A stretch of 64,000 nucleotides of DNA, taken from the human T2T-CHM13v2.0 reference genome, Homo sapiens. Shown here one piece after another: positions 13,331 to 25,700 of the stretch (position 1 is its first letter; each line of letters starts with the position of its first letter). The stretch is taken from the NCBI RefSeq assembly GCF_009914755.1, contig NC_060948.1; one strand, written 5' to 3'. Under the pieces are notes generated by a model that did not search any database, was not told where the DNA came from, and was given only the letters and a program-made list of their open reading frames with translations. The translations under genes were made by a program, and so were the position numbers.

Positions 13331-16300
13331 GATGTGTCTAGAGCTCCTTCCTTCTGGGAGGTTCATGGACTTGCTCATTTCAAGAATGAAGCTGAAGACC
13401 TTAGTGGTGAGTTTTACAGCACTTAAAGGTGTTAGGTCCAGAGTTTGTTCCTTCAGATGTGTCCAGAGTTTCTTCCTTCTGGCAGGTTCATGGTGTTGCT
13501 CACTTCAAGAATGAAGCTGCAGACCTTAGTGGTGAGCGTTACAGCACTGAAGTTTTTATGTCCAGGGTTTGTTCCTTCAGATAAGTCCAGAGTTTCTTCC
13601 TTCTTGCAGGTTCATGGTCTTGCTCACTTCAAGAATGAAGCTGCAGAACTTAGTGGTGAGTTTTACAGCACATAAAGGTGTTATGTCCAGAGTTTGTTCC
13701 TTCAGATGTGTCCAGATTTTCTTCCTTCTGGCAGGTTCATGGTCTTGCTCACTTCAAGAATGACGCGGCAGACCTTTACGGTGAGTGTTACAGCATTTAA
13801 AAGTGTTATGTCCAGAGTTTGTTCCTTCAGATGTGTCCACTTTCTTCCTTCTGGCAGGTTCATGGTCTTGCTCACTTCAAGAATGAAACTGTAGACCTTT
13901 ACGGTGAGTGTTACAGCAATGAATGATGCTATGTCCAGAGTTCGTTCCTTCAGATGTGTCCAGAGTTTCTTCCTTCTGGCAGGTTCATGGTCTTGCTCAC
14001 TTCAAGAATGAAGCTGCAGTCCTTTACGGTGAGTGTTACAGCATTTAAAGGTGTTATGTCCAGAGTTTGTTCCTTCAGATGTGTCCAGAGTTTCCTCCTT
14101 CTGGCAGGTTCATGGTCTTGCTCACTTCAAGAATGAAGCTGCAGACCTTAGTGGTGAGTGTTACAGCACTTAAATTTGTTATGTCCAGAGTTTGTTCCTT
14201 CAGATGTGTCCAGAGTTTCTTCCCTCTGGCTGGTTCTTGGTCTTGCTCACTTCAAGAATGAAGCTGCATACCTTTACGGTGAGTGTTACAGCATTTAATG
14301 GAGTTATGTCCAGAGTTTGTTACATCAGATGTGTCTAGAGCTCCTTCCTTCTGGGAGGTTCATGGACTTGCTCATTTCAAGAATGAAGCTGAAGTCCTTA
14401 GTGGTGAGTTTTACAACACTTAAAGGTGTTAGGTCCAGAGTTTGTTCCTTCAGATGTGTCCAGAGTTTCTTCCTTCTGGCAGGTTCATGGTCTTGCTCAC
14501 TTCAAGAATGAAGCTGCAGACCTTAGTGCTGAGCGTTACAGCACTTAAGTTTTTATGTCCAGAGTTTGTTCCTTCAGATAAGTCCTGAGATTCTTCCTTC
14601 TGGCAGGTCCATGGTCTTGCTCACTTCAAGAATGAAACTGCAGACCCTTACGGTGAGTGTTACAGCACTTAAAATTGTTATGTCTAGAGTTTGTTCTTTC
14701 ATATGTGTCCAGTTTCTTCCTTCTGGAAGGTTCATGGTCTTGCTCACTTCAAGAATGAAACTGTAGACCTTTACGGTGAGTGTTACAGCACTGAAAGATG
14801 TTATTTCCAGAGTTTGTTCCTTCAGATGTGTCCAGAGTTTCTTCCTTCTGTCAGGTTCATGGTCTTGCTCACTTCAAGAAAGAAGCTGCAGAACTTAGTG
14901 GTGAGTTTTACAGCACTTAAAGGTGTTATATCCAGAGTTTGTTCCTTCAGATGTGTCCAGAGTTTCTTCCTTCTGGCAGGTTCATGGTCTTGCTCACTTC
15001 AAGAATGAAGCTGCAGACCTTAGTGGTGAGTGTTACAACACTTAAAGATGTTATTTACAGAGTTTGTTCCTTCAGATGTGTCCAGAGTTTCTTCCTTCTG
15101 GCAGGTTCATGGTCTTGCTCACTTCAAGAATGAAGATGCAGACCTTTACGGTGAGTGTTACAGCACATAAAGGTGTTATGTCCAGAGTTTGTTCCTTCAG
15201 ATGTGTCCAGAGTTTCTTCCTTCTGGCAGGTTCATGGTCTTGCTCACTTCAAGAATGAAGCTGCAGTCCTTTACGGTGAGTGTTACATCATTTAAAGGTG
15301 TTATGTCCAGAGTTTTTTACATCAGATGTGTCTAATTTTCCTTCCTTCTGGGAGGTTCATGGACTTGCTCATTTCAAGAATGAAGTTGCAGACCTTAGTG
15401 GTGAGTTTTACAGCACTTAAAGCTGTTATGTCCAGAGTTTGTTCCTTCAGATGTGTCCAGAGTTTCTTCCTTCTCCAGGTTCATGGTCTTGCTCACTTCA
15501 AGAATGAAGCTGCAGACCTTGGTGGTGAGCGTTACAGCACTTAAGTTTTTATGTCCAGAGTTTGTTCCTTCAGATAAGTCCAGAGTTTCTTCCTTCTGGC
15601 AGGTTCATGGTCTTGCTCACTTCAAGAATGAAGCTGCGGACCTTAGTGGTGAGCGTTACAGCACTTAAGTTTTTATGTCCAGAGTTTGTTCCTTCAGATA
15701 AGTCCAGAGTTTCTTCCTTGTGGCAGGTTCATGGTCTTGCTCACTTCAAGAATGAAGCTGCAGACCTTAGTGGTGAGCGTTACAGCACTTAAGTTTTTAT
15801 GTCCAGAGTTTGTTCCTTCAGATAAGTCCAGAGATTCTTCCTTCTGGCAGGTCCATGGTCTTGCTCACTTCAAGAATGAAACTGCAGACCCTTACGGTGA
15901 ATGTTACAGCACTTAAAATTGTTATGTCTAGAGTTTCTTCCTTCATATGTGTCCAGTTTCTTCCTTCTGGAAGGTTCATGGTCTTGCTCACTTCAAGAAT
16001 GAACCTGTAGACCTTTACGGTGAGTGTTACAGCACTGAAAGATGTTATTTCCAGAGTTTGTTCCTTCAGATGTGTCCAGAGTTTCTTCCTTCTGGCAGGC
16101 TCATGGTCTTGCTCACTTCAAGAAAGAAGCTGCAGAACTTAATGGTGAGTTTTGCAGCACTTAAAGGTGTTATGTCCAGAGTTTGTTCCTTCAGATGTGT
16201 CCAGAGTTTCTTCCTTCTGGCAGGTTCATGGTCTTGCTCACTTCAAGAATGAAGCTGCAGACCTTAGTGGTGTGTGTTACAACACTTAAAGATGTTATTT

Positions 16301-18699
16301 ACAGAGTTTGTTCCTTCAGATGTGTCCAGAGTTTCTTCCTTCTGGCAGGTTCATGGTCTTGCTCACTTCAAGAATGAAGATGCAGACCTTTACGGTGAGT
16401 GTTACAGCACATAAAGGTGTTATGTCCAGAGATTGTTCCTTCAGATGTGTCCAGAGTTTCTTCCTTCTGGCAGGTTCATGGTCTTGCTCACTTCAAGAAT
16501 GAAGCTGCAGTCCTTTACGGTGAGTGTTACATCATTTAAAGGTGTTATATCCAGAGTTTTTTACATCAGACGTGTCTAGATTTCCTTCCTTCTGGGAGGT
16601 TCACGGACTTGCTAATTTCAAGAATGAAGCTGCAGACCTTAGTGGTGAGTTTTACAGCACTTAAAGCTGTTATGTCCAGAGTTTGTTCCTTCAGATGTGT
16701 CCAGAGTTTCTTCCTTCTCCAGGTTCATGGTCTTGCTCACTTCAAGAATGAAGCTGCAGACCTTAGTGGTGAGCGTTACAGCAGTTAAGTTTTTATGTCC
16801 AGAGTTTGTTCCTTCAGATAAGTCCAGAGTTTCGTCCTTCTGGCAGGTTCATGGTCTTGCTCACTTGAAGAATGAAGCTGCGGACCCTAGTTGTGAGCGT
16901 TACAGCACTTAAGTTTTTATGTCCAGAGTTTGTTCCTTCAGATAAGTCCAGAGTTTCTTCCTTCTGGCAGGTTCATGGTCTTGCTCACTTCAAGAATGAA
17001 GCTGCAGACCTTAGTGGTGAGCGTTACAGCAGTTAAGTTTTTATGTCCAGAGTTTGTTCCTTCAGATAAGTCCAGACTTTCTTCCTTCTGGCAGGTTCAT
17101 GGTCTTGCTCACTTCAAGAATGAAGCTGCAGACCTTTACGGTGAGTGTTACAGCACTTAAAAGTGTTATGTCCAGAGTTTGTTCCTTCAGAAGTGTCCAG
17201 AGTTTCTTCCTTCTGACAAGTTCATGGTCTTGCTCACTTCAAGAATGAAGCTGCAGACCTTTACGGTGAGTGTTACAGCATTAATGGTGTTATGTACAGA
17301 GTTTGTTCCTTCAGATGTGTGCAGAGTTTCTTCCTTCTGGCAGGTTCATGGTATTGCTCACTTCAAGAATGAAGCTGCAGACCTTAGTGGTGAGTGTTAC
17401 AGCACTTAAAGTTGTTATGTCCAGGGTTTGTTCCTTCAGATGTGTACAGAGTTTCTTCCCTCTGGCTGGTTCTTGGTCTTGCTCACTTCAAGAATGAAGC
17501 TGCAGACCTTTACGGTGAGTGTTACAGCATTTAATGGAGTTATGTCCAGAGTTTCTTACATCAGATGTGTCTAGAGCTCCTTCCTTCTGGGAGGTTCATG
17601 GACTTGCTCATTTCAAGAATGAAGCTGAAGACCTTAGTGGTGAGTTTTACAGCACTTAAAGGTGTTAGGTCCAGAGTTTGTTCCTTCAGATGTGTCCAGA
17701 GTTTCTTCCTTCTGGCAGGTTCATGGTGTTGCTCACTTCAAGAATGAAGCTGCAGACCTTAGTGGTGAGCGTTACAGCACTGAAGTTTTTATGTCCAGGG
17801 TTTGTTCCTTCAGATAAGTCCAGAGTTTCTTCCTTCTTGCAGGTTCATGGTCTTGCTCACTTCAAGAATGAAGCTGCAGAACTTAGTGGTGAGTTTTACA
17901 GCACATAAAGGTGTTATGTCCAGAGTTTGTTCCTTCAGATGTGTCCAGATTTTCTTCCTTCTGGCAGGTTCATGGTCTTGCTCACTTCAAGAATGACGCG
18001 GCAGACCTTTAGGGTGAGTGTTACAGCATTTAAAGGTGTTATGTCCAGAGTTTGTTCCTTCAGATGTGTCCACTTTCTTCCTTCTGGCAGGTTCATGGTC
18101 TTGCTCACTTCAAGAATGAAACTGTAGACCTTTACGGTGAGTGTTACAGTAACGAAAGATGCTATGTCCAGAGTTTGTTCCTTCAGATGTGTCCAGAGTT
18201 TCTTCCTTCTGGCAGGTTCATGGTCTTGCTCACTTCAAGAATGAAGCTGCAGACCTTTACGGTGAGTGTTACAGCATTTAAAGTTGATATGTCCAGAGTT
18301 TGTTCCTTCAGATGTGTCCAGAGTTTCCTCCTTCTGGCAGGTTCACGGTCTTGCTCACTTCAAGAATGAAGCTGCAGACCTTAGTGGTGAGCGTTACAGC
18401 ACTTAAGTTTTTATGTCCAGAGTTTGTTCCTTCAGATAAGTCCAGAGATTCTTCCTTCTGGCAGGTCCATGGTCTTGCTCACTTCAAGAATGAAACTGCA
18501 GACCCTTACGGTGAGTGTTACAGCACTTAAAATTGTTATGTCTAGAGTTTGTTCCTTCATATGTGTCCAGTTTCTTCCTTCTGGAAGGTTCATGGTCTTG
18601 CTCACTTCAAGAATGAAACTGTAGACCTTTACGGTGAGTGTTACAGCACTGAAAGATGTTATTTCCAGAGTTTGTTCCTTCAGATGTGTCCAGAGTTTC

Positions 18700-21350
18700 T
18701 TCCTTCTGGCAGGTTCATGGTCTTGCTCACTTCAAGAATGAAGCTGCAGACCTTTACGGTGAGTGTTACAGCACATAAAGGTGTTATGTCCACAGTTTGT
18801 TCCTTCAGATGTGTCCAGAGTTTCTTCCTTCTGGCAGGTTCATGGTCTTGCTCACTTCAAGAATGAAGCTGCAGTCCTTTACGGTGAGTGTTACATCATT
18901 TAAAGGTGTTATGTCCAGAGTTTTTTACATCAGATGTGTCTAATATTCCTTCCTTCTGGGAGGTTCGTGGACTTGCTCATTTCAAGAATGAAGCTGCAGA
19001 CCTTAGTGGTGAGTTTTACAGCACTTAAAGCTGTTATGTCCAGAGTTTGTTCCTTCAGATGTGTCCAGAGTTTCTTCCTTCTCCAGGTTCATGGTCTTGC
19101 TCACTTCAAGAATGAAGCTGCAGACCTTAGTGGTGAGCGTTACAGCACTTAAGTTTTTATGTCCAGAGTTTGTTCCTTCAGATAAGTCCAGAGTTTCTTC
19201 CTTGTGGCAGGTTCATGGTCTTGCTCACTTCAAGAATGAAGCTGCAGACCTTAGTGGTGAGCGTTACAGCACTTAAGTTTTTATGTCCACAGTTTGTTCC
19301 TTCAGATATGTCCAGAAATTCTTCCTTCTGGCAGGTCCATGGTCTTGCTCACTTCAAGAATGAAACTGCAGACCCTTACGGTGAATGTTACAGCACTTAA
19401 AATTGTTATGTCTAGAGTTTCTTCCTTCATATGTGTCCAGTTTCTTCCTTCTGGAAGGTTCATGGTCTTGCTCACTTCAAGAATGAAACTGTAGACCTTT
19501 ACGGTGAGTGTTACAGCACTGAAAGATGTTATTTCCAGGGTTTGTTCCTTCAGATGTGTCCAGAGTTTCTTCCTTCTGGCAGGCTCATGGTCTTGCTCAC
19601 TTCAAGAAAGAAGCTGCAGAACTTAGTGGTGAGTTTTGCAGCACTTAAAGGTGTTATGTCCAGAGTTTGTTCCTTCCGATGTGTCCAGAGTTTCTTTCTT
19701 CTGGCAGGTTCATGGTCTTGCTCACTTCAAGAATGAAGCTGCAGACCTTAGTGGTGAGTGTTACAACACTTAAAGATGTTATTTACAGAGTTTGTTCCTT
19801 CACATGTGTACAGAGTTTCTTCCTTCTGGCAGGTTCATGGTCTTGCTCACTTCAAGAATGAAGCTGCAGACCTTTACGGTGAGTGTTACAGCACATAAAG
19901 GTGTTATGTCCAGAGTTTGTTCCTTCAGATGTGTCCAGAGTTTCTTCCTTCTGGCAGGTTCATGGTCTTGCTCACTTCAAGAATGAAGCTGCAGTCCTTT
20001 ACGGTGAGTGTTACATCATTTAAAGGTGTTATGTCCAGAGTTTTTTACATCAGATGTGTCTAATATTCCTTCCTTCTGGGAGGTTCATGGACTTGCTCAT
20101 TTCAAGAATGAAGCTGCAGACCTTAGTGGTGAGTTTTACAGCACTTAAAGCTGTTATGTCCAGAGTTTGTTCCTTCAGATGTGTCCAGAGTTTCTTCCTT
20201 CTCCAGGTTCATGGTCTTGCTCACTTCAAGAATGAAGCTGCAGACCTTAGTGGTGAGCGTTACAGCACTTAAGTTTTTATGTCCAGAGTTTGTTCCTTCA
20301 GATAAGTCCAGAGTTTCTTCCTTGTGGCAGGTTCATGGTCTTGCTCACTTCAAGAATGAAGCTGCAGACCTTAGTGGTGAGCGTTACAGCACTTAAGTTT
20401 TTATGTCCACAGTTTCTTCCTTCAGATAAGTCCAGAGATTCTTCCTTCTGGCAGGTCCATGGTCTTGCTCACTTCAAGAATGAAACTGCAGACCCTTACG
20501 GTGAATGTTACAGCACTTAAAATTGTTATGTCTAGAGTTTCTTCCTTCATATGTGTCCAGTTTCTTCCTTCTGGAAGGTTCATGGTCTTGCTCACTTCAA
20601 GAATGAAACTGTAGACCTTTACGGTGAGTGTTACAGCACTGAAAGATGTTATTTCCAGGGTTTGTTCCTTCAGATGTGTCCAGAGTTTCTTCCTTCTGGC
20701 AGGCTCATGGTCTTGCTCACTTCAAGAAAGAAGCTGCAGAACTTAGTGGTGAGTTTTGCAGCACTTAAAGGTGTTATGTCCAGAGTTTGTTCCTTCAGAT
20801 GTGTCCAGAGTTTCTTCCTTCTGGCAGGTTCATGGTCTTGCTCATTTCAAGAATGAAGCTGCAGACCTTAGTGGTGAGTGTTACAACACTTAAAGACGTT
20901 ATTTACAGAGTTTGTTCCTTCAGATGTGTCCAGAGTTTCTTCCTTCTGGCAGGTTCATGGTCTTGCTCACTTCAAGAATGAAGATGCAGACCTTTACGGT
21001 GAGTGTTACAGCACATAAAGGTGTTATGTCCAGAGATTGTTCCTTCAGATGTGTCCAGAGTTTCTTCCTTCTGGCAGGTTCATAGTCTTGTTCACTTCAA
21101 GAATGAAGCTGCAGTCCTTTACGGTGAGTGTTACATCATTTAAAGGTGTTATATCCAGAGTTTTTTACATCAGATGTGTCTAGATTTCCTTCCTTCTGGG
21201 AGGTTCACGGACTTGCTCATTTCAAGAATGAAGCTGCAGACCTTAGTGGTGAGTTTTACAGCACTTAAAGCTGTTATGTCCAGAGTTTGTTCCTTCAGAT
21301 GTGTCCAGAGTTTCTTCCTTCTCCAGGTTCATGGTCTTGCTCACTTCAAG
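18700..21350. repeat. 1120-bp (9-monomer) tandem block, two full copies plus a partial third
   Basis: ORFs at 18934/20054/21174 and 19431/20551. Shared private variants: taatattcct (18941/20061), atgtccacag (19283/20403), atttccaggg (19531/20651). Confidence 0.85.
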
Positions 21351-22335
21351 AATGAAGCTGCAGACCTTAGTGGTGAGCGTTACAGCAGTTAAGTTTTTAT
21401 GTCCAGAGTTTGTTCCTTCAGATAAGTCCAGAGTTTCTTCCTTCTGGCAGGTTCATGGTCTTGCTCACTTCAAGAATGAAGCTGCGGACCTTAGTGGTGA
21501 GCGTTACAGCACTTAAGTTTTTATGTCCAGAGTTTGTTCCTTCAGATAAGTCCAGACTTTCTTCCTTCTGGCAGGTTCATGGTCTTGCTCACTTCAAGAA
21601 TGAAGCTGCAGACCTTTACGGTGAGTGTTACAGCACTTAAAGGTGTTATGTCCAGAGTTTGTTCCTTCAGAAGTGTCCAGAGTTTCTTCCTTCTGACAAG
21701 TTCATGGTCTTGCTCACTTCAAGAATGAAGCTGCAGACCTTTACGGTGAGTGTTACAGCATTAATGGTGTTATGTACAGAGTTTGTTCCTTCAGATGTGT
21801 GCAGAGTTTCTTCCTTCTGGCAGGTTCATAGTATTGCTCACTTCAAGAATGAAGCTGCAGACCTTAGTGGTGAGCGTTACAGCAGTTAAGTTTTTATGTC
21901 CAGAGTTTGTTCCTTCAGATAAGTCCAGAGTTTCTTCCTTCTGGCAGGTTCATGGTCTTGCTCACTTCAAGAATGAAGCTGCGGACCTTAGTGGTGAGCG
22001 TTACAGCACTTAAGTTTTTATGTCCAGAGTTTGTTCCTTCAGATAAGTCCAGACTTTCTTCCTTCTGGCAGGTTCATGGTCTTGCTCACTTCAAGAATGA
22101 AGCTGCAGACCTTTACGGTGAGTGTTACAGCACTTAAAGGTGTTATGTCCAGAGTTTGTTCCTTCAGAAGTGTCCAGAGTTTCTTCCTTCTGACAAGTTC
22201 ATGGTCTTGCTCACTTCAAGAATGAAGCTGCAGACCTTTACGGTGAGTGTTACAGCATTAATGGTGTTATGTACAGTGTTTGTTCCTTCAGATGTGTGCA
22301 GAGTTTCTTCCTTCTGGCAGGTTCATGGTATTGCT
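21340..22335. repeat. 497-bp (4-monomer) tandem duplication
   Basis: ORFs 21410/21907, 21534/22031 and 21659/22156 repeat at +497; cagaagtgtcc...ctgacaag occurs at ~21668 and ~22165. Confidence 0.85.
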
Positions 22336-22799
22336 CACTTCAAGAATGAAGCTGCAGACCTTAGTGGTGAGTGTTACAGCACTTAAAGTTGTTATGTCCA
22401 GGGTTTGTTCCTTCAGATGTGTACAGACTTTCTTCCCTCTGGCTGGTTCTTGGTCTTGCTCACTTCAAGAATGAAGCTGCAGACCTTTACGGTGAGTGTT
22501 ACAGCATTTAATGGAGTTATGTCCAGAGTTTCTTACATCAGATGTGTCTAGAGCTCCTTCCTTCTGGGAGGTTCATGGACTTGCTCATTTCAAGAATGAA
22601 GCTGAAGACCTTAGTGGTGAGTTTTACAGCACTTAAAGGTGTTAGGTCCAGAGTTTGTTCCTTCAGATGTGTCCAGAGTTTCTTCCTTCTGGCAGGTTCA
22701 TGGTCTTGCTCACTTCAAGAATGAAGCTGCAGAACTTAGTGGTGAGTTTTACAGCACATAAAGGTGTTATGTCCAGAGTTTGTTCCTTCAGATGTGTCC

Positions 22800-25700
22800 A
22801 GAGTTTCTTCCTTCTGGCAGGTTCATGGTATTGCTCACTTCAAGAATGAAGCTGCAGACCTTAGTGGTGAGTGTTACAGCACTTAAAGTTGTTATGTCCA
22901 GAGTTTGTTCCTTCAGATGTTTCCAGAGTTTCTTCCCTCTGGCAGGTTCTTGGTCTTGCTCACTTCAAGAATGAAGCTGCAGACCTTTACGGTGAGTGTT
23001 ACAGCATTTAATGGAGTTATGTCCAGAGTTTCTTACATCAGATGTGTCTAGAGTTCCTTCCTTCTGGGAGGTTCATGGACTTGCTCATTTCAAGAATGAA
23101 GCTGAAGACCTTAGTGGTGAGTTTTACAGCACTTAAAGGTGTTAGGTCCAGAGTTTGTTCCTTCAGATGTGTCCAGAGTTTCTTCCCTCTGGCAGGTTCT
23201 TGGTCTTGCTCACTTCAAGAATGAAGCTGCAGACCTTTACGGTGAGTGTTACAGCATTTAATGGAGTTATGTCCAGAGTTTCTTACATCAGATATGTCTA
23301 GAGTCCCTTCCTTCTGGGAGGTTCATGGACTTGCTCATTTCAAGAATGAAGCTGAAGACCTTAGTGGTGAGTTTTACAGCACTTAAAGGTGTTAGGTCCA
23401 GAGTTTGTTCCTTCAGATGTGTCCAGAGTTTCTTCCTTCTGGCAGGTCCATGGTCTTGCTCACTTCAAGAATGAAGCTGTAGACCTTAGTGGTGACCGTT
23501 ACAGCACTTAAGTTTTTATGTCCAGAGTTTTTTCCTTCAGATATGTTTAGAGTTTCTTCCTTCTGGCAGGTTCATGGTCCTGCTCACTTCAAAAATGAAG
23601 CTGCAGACCTTTACGGTGAGTGTTACAGCATTTAAATGTGTTATGTCCATAGTTTGTTCCTTCAGATGTGTGCAGAGTTTCTTCCTTCTGGCAGGACCAT
23701 GGTATTGCTCACCTCAACAATGAAGCTGCAGAACTTAGTGGTGAGTGTTACAGCACTTCAAGTTGTTATGTCCAGAGTTTGTTCCTTCAGATATGTCCAG
23801 AGTTTCTTCTTTCTGGCAGGTTCATGGTCTTGCTCACTTCAAAAATGAAGCTGCAGTCCTTTACGGTGAGTGTTACATCATTTAAAGGTGTTATGTCCAA
23901 AGTTTTTTTACCTCAGATGTGTCTAGAGTTCCTTCTTTCTGGGAGGTTCATGTAGTTGCTCATTTCAAGAATGAAGCTGCAGACATTAGTGGTGAGTTTT
24001 ACAGCACTTAAAGGTGTTATGTCCAGAGTTTGTTCCTTCAGATGTGTCCAGAGTTTCTTCCTTCTGGCAAGTTCATGGTCTTGCTCACTTCAAGAATGAA
24101 GCTGCAGATATTTACGGTGAGTGTTACAGCATTAATGGTGTTATGTACAGAGTTTGTTCCTTCAGATGTGTGCAGAGTTTCTTCCTTCTGGCAGGTTCAT
24201 GGTCTTGCTCACTTCAAGAATGAAGCTGCAGACCTTAGTGGTGAGCGTTACAGCACTTAAGTATTTATGTCCAGAGTTTGTTCCTTCACATAAGTCCAGA
24301 GTTTCTTCCTTCTGTCCGGTTCATGGTCTTGCTCACTTCAAGAATGAAGCTGCAGACCTTAGTGGTGAGTGTTACAACACTTAAAGATGTTATTTCCAGA
24401 GTTTGTTCCTTCAGATGTGTCCAGAGTTTCTTCCTTCTGGCAGGTTCATAGTCTTGCTCACTTCAAGAATGAAGCTGCAGACCTTTACGGTGAGTGTTCC
24501 AGCACATAAAGGTGTTATGTCCAGAGTTTGTTCCTTCAGATGTGTCCAGAGTTTCTTCCTTCTGGCAGGTTCATGGTCTTGCTCACTTCAAGAATGAGGC
24601 GGCAGACCTTTACGGTGAGTGTTATAGCATATAATGGTGTTATGTCCAGAGTTTGTTCCTTCAGATGTGTCCAGTTTCTTCCTTCTGCCAGGTTCATGGT
24701 CTTGCTCACTTCAAGAATGAAACTGTAGAACTTTACGGTGAGTGTTACAGCAATGAAAGATGCTATATCCAGAGTTTGTTCCTTCAGATGTGTCCAGAGT
24801 TTCTTCCTTCTGGCAGGTTCTTGGTCTTGCTCACTTCAAGAATGAAGCTGCAGACCATTACGGTGAGTGTTACAGCATTTAAATGTGTTATGTCCAGAGT
24901 TTGTTCCATCAGATGTGTCTAGAGTTCCTTACTTCTGGGAGGTTCATAGACTTGCTCATTTCAAGAATGAAGCTGCAGACCTTTACGGTGAGTGTTATAG
25001 CACTTAAAGGTGTTATGTCCAGAGTTTGTTCCTTCCGATGTGTCCAGAGTTTCTTCCTTCTGGCAGGTTCATTGTCTTGCTCACTTCAAGAATGAAGCTG
25101 CAGAACTTAGTGGTGAGTTTTACACACTTAAAGGTGTTATGTCCAGAGTTTTTTCCTTCAGATGTGTCCAGAGTTTCTTACTTCCGGCAGGTTCATGGTC
25201 TTGCTCACCTCAAGAATGAAGCTGCAGACCTTTACGGTGAGTGTTACAGCATTTAAAGGTGTTAGGTCCAGAGTTTGTTCCTTCAGATGTGTGCAGAGTT
25301 TCTTCCTTCTGGCAGGTTCATGGTATTGCTCACTTCAATAATAAAGCTGCAGACCTTAGTGGTGTGTTTTACAGCACTTAAATGTGTTATGTCCAGAGTT
25401 TCTTCCTTCAGATGTGTCCAGAGTTTCTTCCTTCTGGCTGGTTCATGGTCTTGCTCACCTCAAGAATGAAGCTGCAGACCTTTACGGTGAGTGTTACAGC
25501 ACTTAAAGGTGTTATGTCCCGAGTTTGTTCCTTTAGATGTGTCCAGAGTTTCTTCCTTCTGGCAAGATCATGGTCTTGCTCACTTCAAGAATGAAGCTGC
25601 AGACATTTACGGTGAGTGTTACAGCATTAATGGTGTTATGTACAGAGTTTGTTCCTTCAGATGTGTGCAGAGTTTCTTCCTTCTGGCAGGTTCATGGTAT

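Larger units (their letters stand above)
250..22700. repeat. Left sub-domain: homogeneous higher-order blocks (13-, 24-, 25-, 33/34-, 9- and 4-monomer periods)
   Basis: Identical or near-identical ORF translations recur at offsets 1616 (389/2005), 2987 (1632/4619, 2255/5242, 3126/6113), 3111, 4232-4233 (11715/15947, 13332/17565), 1120 and 497. The marker cttctccagg is seen from ~786 to ~21321 and not later. Confidence 0.75.
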
